Positions 46,438-46,718 of a stretch of DNA of 46,718 nt are shown in pieces. The notes below the pieces were generated by a model. The model saw only the letters and a program-made list of their open reading frames with translations. It did no database searches and was not told where the DNA came from. Each line of letters opens with the position of its first letter. Position 1 is the first letter of the stretch. A program made the position numbers and the translations under genes. Source of the DNA: an uncultured Clostridia bacterium (GTDB lineage: Bacteria; Bacillota; Clostridia; Oscillospirales; Ruminococcaceae); contig CALZLD010000001.1 of assembly GCA_945788225.1 (NCBI GenBank), positions 1 to 46,718 of the forward strand, written 5' to 3'.

Positions 46438-46718
46438 ATGACCGATAACACCGCCACAGAAACAAAAGCGCTGCTTGTATCCGTCGATACGGGTGACTTT
46501 GATAATGAGCGTTCTCTTGAAGAACTTAAAGAGCTTGCCAAAACGGCAGAGGTCGAGGTTGCGGCTATACTTACTCAGAAGCGTCCTGCCATTGACAGCG
46601 CGACCTGTATAGGCGACGGAAAGCTTGCGGAGGCTCTTCCCATTATAGAAGAAACAGGGATAAATCTTGCGATTTTCGACCACGAGCTTACCGCAAATCA
46701 GACAAGAAACATAGAAAA
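46438..46718 (+). CDS. hflX: GTPase HflX (N-terminal part; continues beyond the window)
   Basis: The ATG at 46438 follows a GAAAGGAA RBS. Translation MTDNTATETKALLVSVDTGDFDNERSLEELKELAKTAEVEV...IGDGKLAE...LAIFDHELTANQTRNIE matches the HflX N-terminal domain pattern (GkgK.eEl......d..iFd.eLsp.Q.rNLe). Confidence 0.85.
   Translation, partial: MTDNTATETKALLVSVDTGDFDNERSLEELKELAKTAEVEVAAILTQKRPAIDSATCIGDGKLAEALPIIEETGINLAIFDHELTANQTRNIE

Overview
This 46.7-kb window looks like chromosomal DNA from a low-to-mid GC Firmicutes or Clostridia-like anaerobe. Supporting signs are AGGAGG-type RBSs, TTGACA-17-TATAAT promoters, frequent TTG/GTG starts, a type III glutamine synthetase and a desulfoferrodoxin. 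It is mostly housekeeping:
- ecfA (partial), an rRNA-type SAM methyltransferase, glmM and ruvBAC on the minus strand
- ispD-ispF, an Maa-type acetyltransferase and an orphan YopX-like gene
- three c-di-GMP turnover proteins
- a secreted glycoside hydrolase, glnN, a GNAT and mgtE with a long structured leader
- a heterodimeric ABC exporter pair, ybaK and a flavodoxin-like protein
- smpB plus tmRNA, a Thr-repeat CAP-domain lipoprotein and rlmD
- a complete F1Fo ATP synthase operon (atpZ-I-B-E-F-H-A-G-D-C)
- two tRNA-Leu genes flanking dfx, a stand-alone carB, a DtxR/MntR-type regulator and hflX (partial)

I saw no CRISPR array, transposase, integrase or prophage block.

The most unusual element is a self-contained three-gene operon at about 15.94-20.96 kb, bracketed by one consensus promoter and one strong terminator. 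It encodes a membrane-anchored dynamin-like GTPase, a protein resembling an M48 metallopeptidase with all catalytic and zinc ligands replaced, and a soluble dynamin-like GTPase. I propose it as a candidate undescribed membrane-surveillance or defence module, analogous in architecture to LeoABC/Eleos or IniBAC.

Secondary observations:
- an ATP synthase c subunit with a two-carboxylate Na+-type ion-binding motif
- a candidate M-box leader on mgtE
- a terminator-like leader on glnN
- an 18-bp x7 in-frame tandem repeat in a lipoprotein gene

All functional calls rest on motif recognition by eye; no database search was run.
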